Shown: one piece after another, positions 19,352-27,701 of the stretch | How the letters are laid out: every line of letters begins with the position of its first letter | How positions within the stretch are numbered: the stretch's first letter is position 1 | Origin: an uncultured Actinomycetes bacterium | GTDB lineage: Bacteria; Actinomycetota; Actinomycetes; Streptosporangiales; Streptosporangiaceae | Direction of reading: 5' to 3' | Assembly: GCA_963770545.1 (NCBI GenBank) | Contig: CAVYQF010000036.1 | Coordinates: 38,253-102,252 of the forward strand | DNA: 64,000 nt | Program-made: the position numbers and the translations under genes | Notes under the pieces: model-generated | Seen by the model: only the letters and a program-made list of their open reading frames with translations | The model's database searches: none | Told to the model about the DNA's origin: nothing

Positions 19352-19909
19352 TCAGAACACGTGGCCCAGCAGGTCTACCTCACCCTCGGGCCAGGCCCGC
19401 GCCCCGATCGCCTTCACCATCAGCGCACCGGTCTGCGCCGCCCTGGCCAGCCCGAGCGTGGTGTGCTCGTGGATCTTCACCCAGGTGCAGGGGTTCGCCG
19501 CGCGCGCCCATCCGTTCCAGGTGTAGACGCGGTCGTCGTCGGCGAAAAGGATGACAAAGTCCATCGCGCAGGAACGCGCGAACTCGGTGACTTCCGCGAG
19601 CAGCCGGGCCGCCAGGCCGTGCGACCGCTCGCCCGGCAGCACGCACAAGTCGACGACACCGAACGTCCGGATGACGTCGCTGCCCGCCCGGATCACCCGG
19701 AGTTCGACGCCCATCTGGCCCGCCAGGACCCCATGGGCCAGCGCCAGGTAACGGAAATGAGGCGGGAGCTTGAAGTAGCTCCGGCTGGGATATCCGGGAA
19801 AGCACCTCTGCAACAGCGCCTGCAGCTGCTGCCCCAGCTGCGCGCCGATCTCAGCCTCGGCGACCCGGGCCAGCGTGATCGCCTCGCTCGCGTCCCGCTG
19901 CGTCGCCAT
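19352..19909 (-). CDS. GNAT-family N-acetyltransferase
   Basis: 185 aa. Acetyl-CoA loop-like GERSHGLAARLL. Size and layout resemble small aminoglycoside-type GNATs; substrate not inferable. Confidence 0.75.
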   Translation of the reverse strand: MATQRDASEAITLARVAEAEIGAQLGQQLQALLQRCFPGYPSRSYFKLPPHFRYLALAHGVLAGQMGVELRVIRAGSDVIRTFGVVDLCVLPGERSHGLAARLLAEVTEFARSCAMDFVILFADDDRVYTWNGWARAANPCTWVKIHEHTTLGLARAAQTGALMVKAIGARAWPEGEVDLLGHVF

Positions 19910-20028
19910 GCCCGGACTCTACCGGGCAGGTCAGATCGCCTCCGGGCATCCGCCAGGCGACAGGTTACGGTGGCCTGGATGCCACCAGATGATGCGGCGC
20001 CCCGGCTGAGAGGAGGGCGGCATCCGCG

Positions 20029-20826
20029 ATGCGGATCCTGAGCTGGAACCTGTGGTGGCGCTACGGGCCCTGGGAACAGCGCCGGGAGGCGATTGCCGCC
20101 ACGCTGGCCGAGGCCCGGCCCGATCTGTGCGGCCTGCAGGAGGTCTGGGGAGCGCCGGGAGAGAACCTGGCCGCCGACCTGGCCGGGCGGCTGGGAATGC
20201 ACTGGTGCTGGGCCAAGGCCGCCAAGAGCCGCGAGGGCCTGTCGATAGGCAACGCGATCCTCAGCCGATGGCCGATCGCCACGCACGCTGAGGCCATCTT
20301 GCCGGCCGGCGGGCTGGAAGGCGAGGCCAGGGTGGCGGCGCATGCGCGCATCGAAGCGCCAGGCGGCGCACTGCCCCTGTTCACCACCCACCTGACCTAC
20401 GGGGTGGGCCGTTCGCAGGTCCGCATGGAACAAGTCCGCACGCTGGCCGGCTTCGTGGCGGAGCACGCCACGGACTGCGCCTACCCGCCCGTGGTCACCG
20501 GCGACCTGAACGCCGAGCCTGGGTCGGATGAACTGCGGCTGCTGGGCGGGGTCCTCACCGCCCCGGCGGTGCCGGGCCTGGTGCTCGTGGACGCCTGGCG
20601 CTACGCCGATCCCGGCGACCCCGGCTTCACCTGGGATCACCGCAACGGTTATCAGGCCGAGACGGTGCTCCCGGATTCGCGGATCGACTACATCCTCTCC
20701 GGCCTGCCCAGGCAGGGCCGTGGTCGGGTCCGGCGGGTGGGGCTGGCCGGCACCGCTGCGGTGGACGGCGTCTGGCCATCGGATCATTTTGCCGTCCTCG
20801 CGGACCTGGACCAGGGGACCTGGTGA
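20029..20826 (+). CDS. endonuclease/exonuclease/phosphatase (EEP) family protein
   Basis: MRILSWNLWW, CGLQEV, TGDLNAEP and PSDHFAV are the conserved EEP motifs. Confidence 0.85.
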   Translation: MRILSWNLWWRYGPWEQRREAIAATLAEARPDLCGLQEVWGAPGENLAADLAGRLGMHWCWAKAAKSREGLSIGNAILSRWPIATHAEAILPAGGLEGEARVAAHARIEAPGGALPLFTTHLTYGVGRSQVRMEQVRTLAGFVAEHATDCAYPPVVTGDLNAEPGSDELRLLGGVLTAPAVPGLVLVDAWRYADPGDPGFTWDHRNGYQAETVLPDSRIDYILSGLPRQGRGRVRRVGLAGTAAVDGVWPSDHFAVLADLDQGTW

Positions 20827-21164
20827 CCGCCGATCTGGCCGGCCAGCTCCGGGCGATCTGCCTCGCACTGCCGGGGGTGGCCGAGCGGCCCAGCCACGGC
20901 GCGCCGACCTGGTTCGTCCGGGACAAGAAGGCGTTTGTGACGCTGTGGGCGCGGGGCCATCACGCCAATGACTTTCCGCATCTGTGGTGCGCGGGCCTGC
21001 CCGGAGCCCAGCACGAGCTCGTGTCGTCGGAACCCGGCCGGTTCTTCCGGCCGCCCTACGTGGGCGGCCGCGGGTGGATCGGCGTCCGGCTCGACGGCGA
21101 GGTGAACTGGGCCGAGATCGCGGAGCTGTGCCAGGACGCGTACCGGGCCATCGCCCAGGGCTAG
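20823..21164 (+). CDS. MmcQ/YjbR-family protein
   Basis: 113 aa. [15 protein letters not shown] ... GWIGVRL pattern. Start overlaps the EEP stop (GTGA). Confidence 0.7.
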   Translation: MTADLAGQLRAICLALPGVAERPSHGAPTWFVRDKKAFVTLWARGHHANDFPHLWCAGLPGAQHELVSSEPGRFFRPPYVGGRGWIGVRLDGEVNWAEIAELCQDAYRAIAQG

Positions 21165-22345
21165 CGGAAGCGGGCGCCCAGGGCGCGCAGCGTCACGAGC
21201 GTGCCCAGGCAGACGGCGGCCAGCAGGACGAACGGGACCAGGTCGGAGGTGGCCTGGGCCAGCGCCCCGCTGGCCGCCGCGCCCACCGTCTGGCCACCGG
21301 CCCAGGCCAGGTTGGCCAGCCCGAAGGCCAGGCCCTGGTTCAGGTTCAGCCGGTGCGCGCCGTCGCTGAGCAGCGCCGAGGCGGGGGTGAACAGCGTTCC
21401 GTACGACGGCATGCCCACGACCAGCAGCGCGATCAGCGCCGCCGCCGGGGCCAGCACTGGCACCAGCAGGCTGACCACCACGGCGGCACACAGCGAGATC
21501 TGGATGGGCACCAGCGCGCCGCGCCGGTCGGACAGCCGCCCGGCCAGCGGGGACAGCGCCGACTCGATCGCCGCGGCGGCCAGGAACGTCCCGCCGATGA
21601 TCAGTGTGGTCGCGCCCAGCTGGGCCAGGCGCAGCGGCACCAGCACGTCCACCACGCCGAACGCGAGCCCGGCCAGCAAGGTCAGCCACATGCCCGCGCC
21701 GACCTGGCGGTCGCGCACCGCGGGAAACGCGGCCCGCAGCCTCTGTGGCTCGGACCGCTTGGGGGCGGGGACCAGGAACGCCACCACCATCAGGCCGATC
21801 CCCGCCACGGCGGCCGCGGCGAAGGCGGGTCCCGTGCCCACCTGCCCGGCCACCGCGCCGACCACCGGCCCGAACAGCGCGCCGACCACCGCGGCAGCCA
21901 GGCCGGTCCCCAGCAGTTCGCCCCGCCGCTCGGCCGGGGCGGCGGTGGCGATCCAGGCCATGGCCGCGGTCCAGGTGCACGCTCCGCCCAAGCCTTGGAC
22001 AAACCGGGCCGCGTCCAGCACCGGGGCGACCGTGGCGAAGCCGAAGACCAGCGTGGACACGCTCATTAGGGCCAGGCCGATCAGCGCCACCGCCCGGTCG
22101 CCGAGGCGCGCGGTGAGCACCCCGCTGGGCAGCGCGCCGACCAGAGTGCCCAGCGGGTAGGCGGCGACCAGGATCCCCGCGCCAGACTTGGACAGGTGCG
22201 CGGTCTGGGTGTAATGCGGCAGCAGGGGAGTCAGCGCGGTGAAGAAGACCGTGTCCACCAGCACCAGCGCGCAGAGGAACCCGATCAGCACCCGCAGCCG
22301 GGTCGGCAGCTTCGGCCGGGTGAGGACGGGCGGAGCAGAGGTCAT
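21161..22345 (-). CDS. MFS transporter (12-TM type)
   Basis: 394 aa and highly hydrophobic. MFS loop motif GRLSDRRGA. Confidence 0.85.
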   Translation of the reverse strand: MTSAPPVLTRPKLPTRLRVLIGFLCALVLVDTVFFTALTPLLPHYTQTAHLSKSGAGILVAAYPLGTLVGALPSGVLTARLGDRAVALIGLALMSVSTLVFGFATVAPVLDAARFVQGLGGACTWTAAMAWIATAAPAERRGELLGTGLAAAVVGALFGPVVGAVAGQVGTGPAFAAAAVAGIGLMVVAFLVPAPKRSEPQRLRAAFPAVRDRQVGAGMWLTLLAGLAFGVVDVLVPLRLAQLGATTLIIGGTFLAAAAIESALSPLAGRLSDRRGALVPIQISLCAAVVVSLLVPVLAPAAALIALLVVGMPSYGTLFTPASALLSDGAHRLNLNQGLAFGLANLAWAGGQTVGAAASGALAQATSDLVPFVLLAAVCLGTLVTLRALGARFR

Positions 22346-22513
22346 GCCCGCGTCACGCCGTGCTCACGCTATCTACCCGATCTGCCGCGCCTGTGCGGCT
22401 GCCGCCGTAGCCCTACCGCGGGGCCGCAGCGCCAGGCTCCGGCCTCCCGGGCACCGGCCTCCCGGCTCCGGCCCCCGGGTCCGGTCGGCCCCGAGTCCGG
22501 ACTGTACCTTCAG

Positions 22514-23428
22514 TCAGCCCTCTGTGGCCAGTTGATTAAGCCACCGCTGGCTGGCCCGGGTCACCCGCGGCGGGACCGAGAGTTCGTTGAGCAGGTCGCT
22601 GGCCGCGGCCATCTCGTGCTCGCGCCGCCGCGCGTGTTGGTAGCTTCCGCGTTCCAGCCGGTCCAGCGTGCCGGCGTCCGCCGCCGCGAGTTCAGCCGCG
22701 ATGTGCTCGCGCAGCCAGTCCTCGCATCCGGCCGCCCGGGCGGCGTGCAGGGCCTCGATCGCCGCCGCAGCCATCCCCTTGTAGAACACGCTGCGCAGCA
22801 GCTTCCGGGTGGCCGCGGCCCCGGCCGGCCCGGGCAGCACGCTCACCGTGGCCCCGCACGCCCCGAGCAGGCGCGCGACGTCCTCCGCGGCCGGTCCCGA
22901 CACCACCATCGGGGTGTGCAGCCCTCGCCCCGGCACCGGGGCCATGAGGGCGATGTCCGCGAATGGCACCCCGGCCTCGTCTGCGGTCGCGGCCAGGTCC
23001 TGCTTGAATCCGGCGGACGCGGTGTTGGCGTCGGCGTACACGGTCCGGCCGCCCGTCCTGCTGGGCCCGCCCGTCCTGCTGGGCCCGCCCGTCCTGCTGG
23101 GCCCGCCCGTCCTGCTGGGCCCGCCCGTCCTGCTGGGCCCGCCCGTCCTGCTGGGCCCGCCCGTCCTGCTGAGCCCGTCCGACCCGGCCAGGCCGGGCAG
23201 CGCCTGCTCTAGCGCTTTCTCGGCTTCGTTGGCGGTGGTCAGGCTCAGCACCAGGTCAGCGCCCTGGCAGGCGTCCGCGTCGCTGGCCGCCGCCGTCACG
23301 CCAGGTGGCGCAGCCACGGCCGGGTCGTACCCGCGCACCTTCACCCCCGCGGCGGCCAGGTCGCGGGCGATCGCCCCGCCGGCCTCGCCGAGCCCCAGCA
23401 CGGCCACGGTCAGCGCGCCGGGCGCCAT
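22514..23428 (-). CDS. NAD(P)-binding oxidoreductase (6PGDH-type NAD-binding domain + DUF1932-like C-domain) carrying an internal hexapeptide repeat
   Basis: Start set at MAPGALTVAVLGLGEAGGAIA (ATG 23428), 8 nt after the dioxygenase stop. GGPSRT x7 is inserted between the two domains. Confidence 0.7.
   Translation of the reverse strand: MAPGALTVAVLGLGEAGGAIARDLAAAGVKVRGYDPAVAAPPGVTAAASDADACQGADLVLSLTTANEAEKALEQALPGLAGSDGLSRTGGPSRTGGPSRTGGPSRTGGPSRTGGPSRTGGPSRTGGRTVYADANTASAGFKQDLAATADEAGVPFADIALMAPVPGRGLHTPMVVSGPAAEDVARLLGACGATVSVLPGPAGAAATRKLLRSVFYKGMAAAAIEALHAARAAGCEDWLREHIAAELAAADAGTLDRLERGSYQHARRREHEMAAASDLLNELSVPPRVTRASQRWLNQLATEG
23047..23172. repeat. 18-bp tandem repeat x7, in frame within a CDS
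   Basis: gcccgcccgtcctgctgg repeated almost perfectly. Encodes (SRTGGP)n on the minus strand. Confidence 0.95.
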
Positions 23429-23436
23429 CCCGGCGC

Positions 23437-24432
23437 TCACCGGGCGGTCCCGGGTACTTCCGGCCCCAGGTCCGGTCCCGCGTCCACCGGCGGCGTCCCG
23501 TGCGTGTGGAAGGTATCGATCGTCTTCAGCCCCCACGCCTGGCCCTTGGCCCGCTCCGCGCGAGACCAGGAGATCGGCCGCCAGTCCGGGGCGAGCACCA
23601 GCCGCGCGCCGGCGTTGCACAGCTCGATCCGGTTCCCGCCCGGCTCGTACACGTAGAGGAAGAACGTCTGCTGGATGGCGTGCTTGTGCGGCCCGGTCTC
23701 GATGTGGATGCCCGCCTCCAGCATCACGTCGGCGGCGCGGAGGATGTCCTCACGCTGGTCGGTGGCGAATGCGACATGATGCAGCCGGCCGGTGCTGGCC
23801 GTCCAGTCGGACGTGTACACGAGGTCGTAGCTCTTATCCCCAACGTGATACCAGACCGCTGACGGCACCCCATTATCCATAACGATCTGCTCGGTCAACT
23901 CAGCTCCAAGAACCTCGGGCAGGAACCGCGTGACGGCCGGGATGTCAGCAGCCAGGTAGTTCACATGATCCAGCCGCCGCACGTTGGCGCCGCGGCCGGG
24001 GAACGGGGCGGCCTGGTTCTTCAGCGCGGGACGCTGTCCCTCGGGCGGCTCGTACCATTCGCTCTCCCAGTAGATGCCGAACTCGTGCCCGTCGGGGTCG
24101 GTGAACCGGTACGTCGGCCCGATGCCCTCCTGGCCGTCGGTCCAGCCGAGGCCGAGCCCGGTGTCCTGGATGGCCCGCACCCGGCGCTGCAGCGCCTCCG
24201 GCCCGGCCGCGCGCAGCCAGGTCCGGCCGATGCCCGAGGCCGGTGCGTCCACCACGCAGACCGTGAACCGCTCATAGTCGTCCCAGGTGCGCAGGTAGGT
24301 GCGGGTTCCGGCGCGGGCCACCTCGGATAGGCCCATCAGCCGGACGAAAAAATCCACGGTCTCGGCCGGGACCTGGGTGTGGAGCTCCACCGCCGACACG
24401 TGGGCGATGTCACGGCAGCGTTGCGGCGACAC
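23437..24432 (-). CDS. type I (VOC-fold) extradiol ring-cleavage dioxygenase, catechol 2,3-dioxygenase-like
   Basis: 331 aa with four VOC modules. Segments such as FTDPDGHEFGIYWE, RLDHVNYLA, LHHVAFA and YVYEPGGNRIEL match extradiol dioxygenases. Confidence 0.85.
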   Translation of the reverse strand: MSPQRCRDIAHVSAVELHTQVPAETVDFFVRLMGLSEVARAGTRTYLRTWDDYERFTVCVVDAPASGIGRTWLRAAGPEALQRRVRAIQDTGLGLGWTDGQEGIGPTYRFTDPDGHEFGIYWESEWYEPPEGQRPALKNQAAPFPGRGANVRRLDHVNYLAADIPAVTRFLPEVLGAELTEQIVMDNGVPSAVWYHVGDKSYDLVYTSDWTASTGRLHHVAFATDQREDILRAADVMLEAGIHIETGPHKHAIQQTFFLYVYEPGGNRIELCNAGARLVLAPDWRPISWSRAERAKGQAWGLKTIDTFHTHGTPPVDAGPDLGPEVPGTAR

Positions 24433-24475
24433 GACGATTCCTCCTGGCGCTCTCTATCCGGTGTTTCCGGGCCAT

Positions 24476-25135
24476 CTACCGCGGCGCTCTGCCGGCACCG
24501 GCCCGTTCCTCGGCGAGGCTGCCCAGTGCCTCGATGACGCTGGTCATGTGATCCCGCATCGCCGTCTCCGCCGCGATCGGGTCGCGGGCCACCACGGCGG
24601 CCACGATCTGCTCGTGCTGGGCCAGGGACACGGCCGGCCGTCCCGGGATCAGGGACACGCTGAACTGGTGCCGGACCAGCTGGGCCCGGAGCCGTTCGAT
24701 CATGGCGGTGGCGGTGTCGTGGGCGGCGATGGAGCGGATCCGTGCATGCAGCCGCGCGTTGGCGTCGCTGTAGCGCAGGAGCTCGGCCGCTCCCACCGCC
24801 ACCCGCATCTCCGCGACGATGTTCTCCAGTTCGGCCGCCTGGGCCGGGGTGATCCGTTCCGCGGCCCGGGCGGCGGTCAGCCCCTCCAGCAGCCGCCGCA
24901 CCTCGGTGATCTCGATGGCCTCGCTGAGCGGGATGACCCGGACCCGGGCGCCCCGGTGCCGCTGCACATCCACCAGCCCCTCGCTGGCCAGCACCGGGAT
25001 CGCGGCCCGCACCGCGAACCGGCTGCACCCGAAACGCTCGCACAGGTCAACCTCGACCAGGCGCTGCCCGGCCGCGAACTCTCCGGCCAGGATGGCGTCG
25101 CGCAGCGCATCCAGTACGGCCCCCTCGTCGGTCAC
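24476..25135 (-). CDS. GntR-family regulator (FadR-type, FCD domain)
   Basis: 219 aa. N-terminal wHTH (LCERFGCSRFAVRAAIPVLASEGLV) plus an all-helical C-domain. Confidence 0.9.
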   Translation of the reverse strand: MTDEGAVLDALRDAILAGEFAAGQRLVEVDLCERFGCSRFAVRAAIPVLASEGLVDVQRHRGARVRVIPLSEAIEITEVRRLLEGLTAARAAERITPAQAAELENIVAEMRVAVGAAELLRYSDANARLHARIRSIAAHDTATAMIERLRAQLVRHQFSVSLIPGRPAVSLAQHEQIVAAVVARDPIAAETAMRDHMTSVIEALGSLAEERAGAGRAPR

Positions 25136-25137
25136 GC

Positions 25138-25833
25138 TTACCTCTCTTCGCGTCCCGGCCGTTCATATGTCACGCCGAGCCGTTCCAGCACCGGCCGCAG
25201 CTGGTAACGGTCCAGGCCCAGCTCCCCCCGGGCGAAAGCGAGCCGGGCCTCGCCCTCCCGCTGCACCCGGCTCTTCCCGGCCACCGCGACCTGGGCTGCG
25301 GATTCCCGGGGAACGCAGACCACCCCGTCGTCGTCTGCGACCACCACATCCCCCGGCCGGACCAGGGTGCCGGCGATGCTGACGGGCACGTTCACCGCGC
25401 CCGCGAAGGCCTTCTGGGTGCCCTGCGCGCTGATGAACTGCGACCAGATGGGGAAGCGCGCCGCGGTGATCGCGGCGACGTCGCGCACGCCGGTCGTGGT
25501 CACCAGCCCGCGCACCTCACGCGCAGCCAGTGAGGTAGCGATGAGCTCGCCGACGAAGCCGTCGCTGGACGGGGATGTGGTCGTGACCACCAGCAGGTCA
25601 CCCGGCCGGCCCTGCTCTACCGCCACGTGCAGCATGAGGTTGTCGCCCGGCCCGCACAGGACGGTGAGGGCGGTTCCGGCCGCGCGGGCCCCGGCCCAGG
25701 CCGGCCGCAGCGCCGTGCCGAGCAGTCCGGTCTGGCCCGCGGCCTCGTGCACGGTGGCCACGCCGAGGCCGCCCAGTTCGTCCACCACGCCGGCGTCAGC
25801 GCGCGGCGGGTTCACGATTACCACGGGCTTCAC
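25138..25833 (-). CDS. RraA-family 4-carboxy-4-hydroxy-2-oxoadipate aldolase/oxaloacetate decarboxylase-like
   Basis: GTG at 25833 overlaps the upstream stop (GTGA). 231 aa with GVATVHEAAGQTGLL, GELIATS and DDDGVVCVP, characteristic of the RraA/LigK/GalC fold. Confidence 0.8.
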   Translation of the reverse strand: MKPVVIVNPPRADAGVVDELGGLGVATVHEAAGQTGLLGTALRPAWAGARAAGTALTVLCGPGDNLMLHVAVEQGRPGDLLVVTTTSPSSDGFVGELIATSLAAREVRGLVTTTGVRDVAAITAARFPIWSQFISAQGTQKAFAGAVNVPVSIAGTLVRPGDVVVADDDGVVCVPRESAAQVAVAGKSRVQREGEARLAFARGELGLDRYQLRPVLERLGVTYERPGREER

Positions 25834-26561
25834 GACAGTACCCCGCTCACCTGGGGAAAGACCCGCTGGTAGGCCTCCGCGTAGCGGATCGTGGCCGGCC
25901 CGCCGTTCCGCCTGGCCTGCACTCCGCGCCGCTCGGCCAGGTCGGCGTAGTAGCGGACCAGGTGTTCCTGGGACCCCATCGCCGCCATGGCCTGCTGCTT
26001 CAGGTCGAACACGGGCGTGATGTTGACCAGCACGTCCGGCCGGAATTCGCACATCTCGGGCTGATGGGGCTCGAACCGGAACACCGGCGGCGCGCCGATC
26101 ACCGGATGTGCCGACGGCCGGCCCTGCGCCTGGGCCACCATCCGGGCCCGCAGGGTCAGGTCGGCGGCCCGCGGATGATCGTAGTTGTAGGGATCGACCC
26201 GGGAGTGGGTGAGGATCACCCCCGGCTGCAGCTCGCGCATCAGGTCCGCCAGCTGCAGCACCAGGTCCTGGGTGTCCGGCAGGGGATAGTCGCCCTGATC
26301 CAGGAAATGCATGCTCGCTCCCAGGACCTGGCCAGCCGCTTCGGCCTCGGCCCGGCGCATCTCCTTCACTCGGTCCAGCGTCATGCCCGGCTGCTTCCAG
26401 GCCCCGGGCGACTCGCCGTGCTCGCCGTAGGACAGGCACACCACGTGGGCCTCGCCGAAGGCCGCGGTGACGACGGCGATGTAGCCAGCCGCCCGCCACA
26501 CGAAGTCAGCCGCGTGGGCGCTCACCACGAGCAGCCGCCCGAAGCCATCCGTGGTGGTCAC
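25830..26561 (-). CDS. PIG-L-fold protein, GalB-type 4-oxalomesaconate hydratase-like
   Basis: GTG at 26561 overlaps the upstream stop. SAHAADFVWRAAG, VCLSYGEHGES, DPYNYDHP, FEPHQPE and QEHL..YY...A.RRG match my recollection of GalB hydratases rather than classical deacetylases. Confidence 0.75.
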   Translation of the reverse strand: MTTTDGFGRLLVVSAHAADFVWRAAGYIAVVTAAFGEAHVVCLSYGEHGESPGAWKQPGMTLDRVKEMRRAEAEAAGQVLGASMHFLDQGDYPLPDTQDLVLQLADLMRELQPGVILTHSRVDPYNYDHPRAADLTLRARMVAQAQGRPSAHPVIGAPPVFRFEPHQPEMCEFRPDVLVNITPVFDLKQQAMAAMGSQEHLVRYYADLAERRGVQARRNGGPATIRYAEAYQRVFPQVSGVLS

Positions 26562-27634
26562 GCGGTGTCTCCCGGCCTGGTGCTGGGCTGGCCAGGGCTG
26601 GGCTGGCCGGGGCTGGGCTGGCCGGGGCTGGGGCGATCGGCGCCAGCCAGTAGCCGGCTGTTGGACACGATCATGGTGGTGATCTCCTCGTCGGTGAATC
26701 CCGCCACCTGCAGCGCGTCCGCCATCAGCGGCAGCCCGTCCTCCACCGGGGGGTTGTGCGGCTGGCCGAGATCGGTGGTGATGATGGTGTGCTCCGCGCC
26801 GGTGGCCCGGATGTTGCCGACCATCCGGGCCCACTCGTACTTGCCGGTGAACGGCGTGGTGAAGCAGCGTTCCAGGAAGATCCCCTGTCCGGCCAGGGCC
26901 AGCTGCTCGTCCAGGCTCATGTCCTGCTGCGGGAACTCGGGGTGGGTGGCGATGACGTGCCGCACGCCGGCCTCGAGTGCGGCCTCGGCTATCACGCGGC
27001 TCTCGTAGGCGGACAGGTGGCCGGTGGCCACGACCAGCTGGTGGCGCGCGGCCAGCCGGAGCACCTCCACGGCGGCCGGGAGCGGGCGGCCGGTGTCGTC
27101 GAGGACGTCCACGACGGGCACCGTGACGCCCTGGGCGTCCAGGTCACGCTGCAGGGCCAGCCACATCGGCGGGGTCGCGCCCGGGGGCAGGTCGGCGTGC
27201 TTGGCCCGGTGGTTGGCCGCGTCCAGGGTGGGCATCCACAGGATCCGGGCGCCCTCCCGGGCCGCAATCTCGACCGCGATCGGGTTCAGCCCGCCCACCG
27301 AGGCGTTCAGGGTCAGCGCCCCGAGCACCCGGACTTCGCCCCCCAGGGCTTCGTTGAGGACCGCGGCCCGTTCCGCGGTCGGCACGTAGTGCGATTTCAG
27401 GGCGAACCCGGCCAGCCCCACATCCCAGCAGCGGCGGGCTAGCTGGAGATCGGTGACCTGACGGCGCATCACATCGGGCTCGACGTGCACGTGCAGGTCG
27501 TAGGCACCGCGCACCAGCAGCCGGGCCCATTGGCTCGGCTCGGTCGAGTTCAGCACGTCACGGTCATCCGCAGATCGCCACGCATGGGTTACCTCGCCAA
27601 TATTGGCGACAATTTCCCTGACAACTTTGGACAC
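26558..27634 (-). CDS. metal-dependent TIM-barrel hydrolase-like protein (amidohydrolase/DUF6282-like)
   Basis: YDLHVHVEPD HxH-type motif, later GHLS and ATHPEF. C-terminal PSPGQ x3 repeat. Start uncertain: no ATG, and GTG candidates lie around 27600-27634, bounded by the rho stop at 27702. Confidence 0.6.
   Translation of the reverse strand: MSKVVREIVANIGEVTHAWRSADDRDVLNSTEPSQWARLLVRGAYDLHVHVEPDVMRRQVTDLQLARRCWDVGLAGFALKSHYVPTAERAAVLNEALGGEVRVLGALTLNASVGGLNPIAVEIAAREGARILWMPTLDAANHRAKHADLPPGATPPMWLALQRDLDAQGVTVPVVDVLDDTGRPLPAAVEVLRLAARHQLVVATGHLSAYESRVIAEAALEAGVRHVIATHPEFPQQDMSLDEQLALAGQGIFLERCFTTPFTGKYEWARMVGNIRATGAEHTIITTDLGQPHNPPVEDGLPLMADALQVAGFTDEEITTMIVSNSRLLAGADRPSPGQPSPGQPSPGQPSTRPGDTA
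26582..26632. repeat. 15-bp tandem repeat x3, in frame at a CDS 3' end
   Basis: ggctgggctggcc[a/g]g repeated. Encodes PSPGQPSPGQPSPGQ on the minus strand. Confidence 0.9.
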
Positions 27635-27701
27635 GATAGGGGCCGTGATGTCCGGGGTCAAGGGGGGCCAGCAACGCGGACTGCGGATTCCCTCGCACCG
27701 A

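Noticed and set aside
23047-23172. The tandem arrays (this one, plus 36488, 49373, 10410 and others) as CRISPR arrays.
   Set aside because: The units are directly adjacent with no spacers and measure 9-42 bp. No cas genes are present, and several arrays are in frame inside CDSs.
25138-26834. N-terminal extensions of track ORFs 25138..26499, 25830..26834, 29964..30764, 29938..30948, 36564..37871 and 41919..45110, taken as real single large proteins.
   Set aside because: The extensions are low-complexity and overlap the upstream gene. Internal ATG/GTG starts give family-typical N-termini and ATGA/GTGA coupling with the preceding stop.
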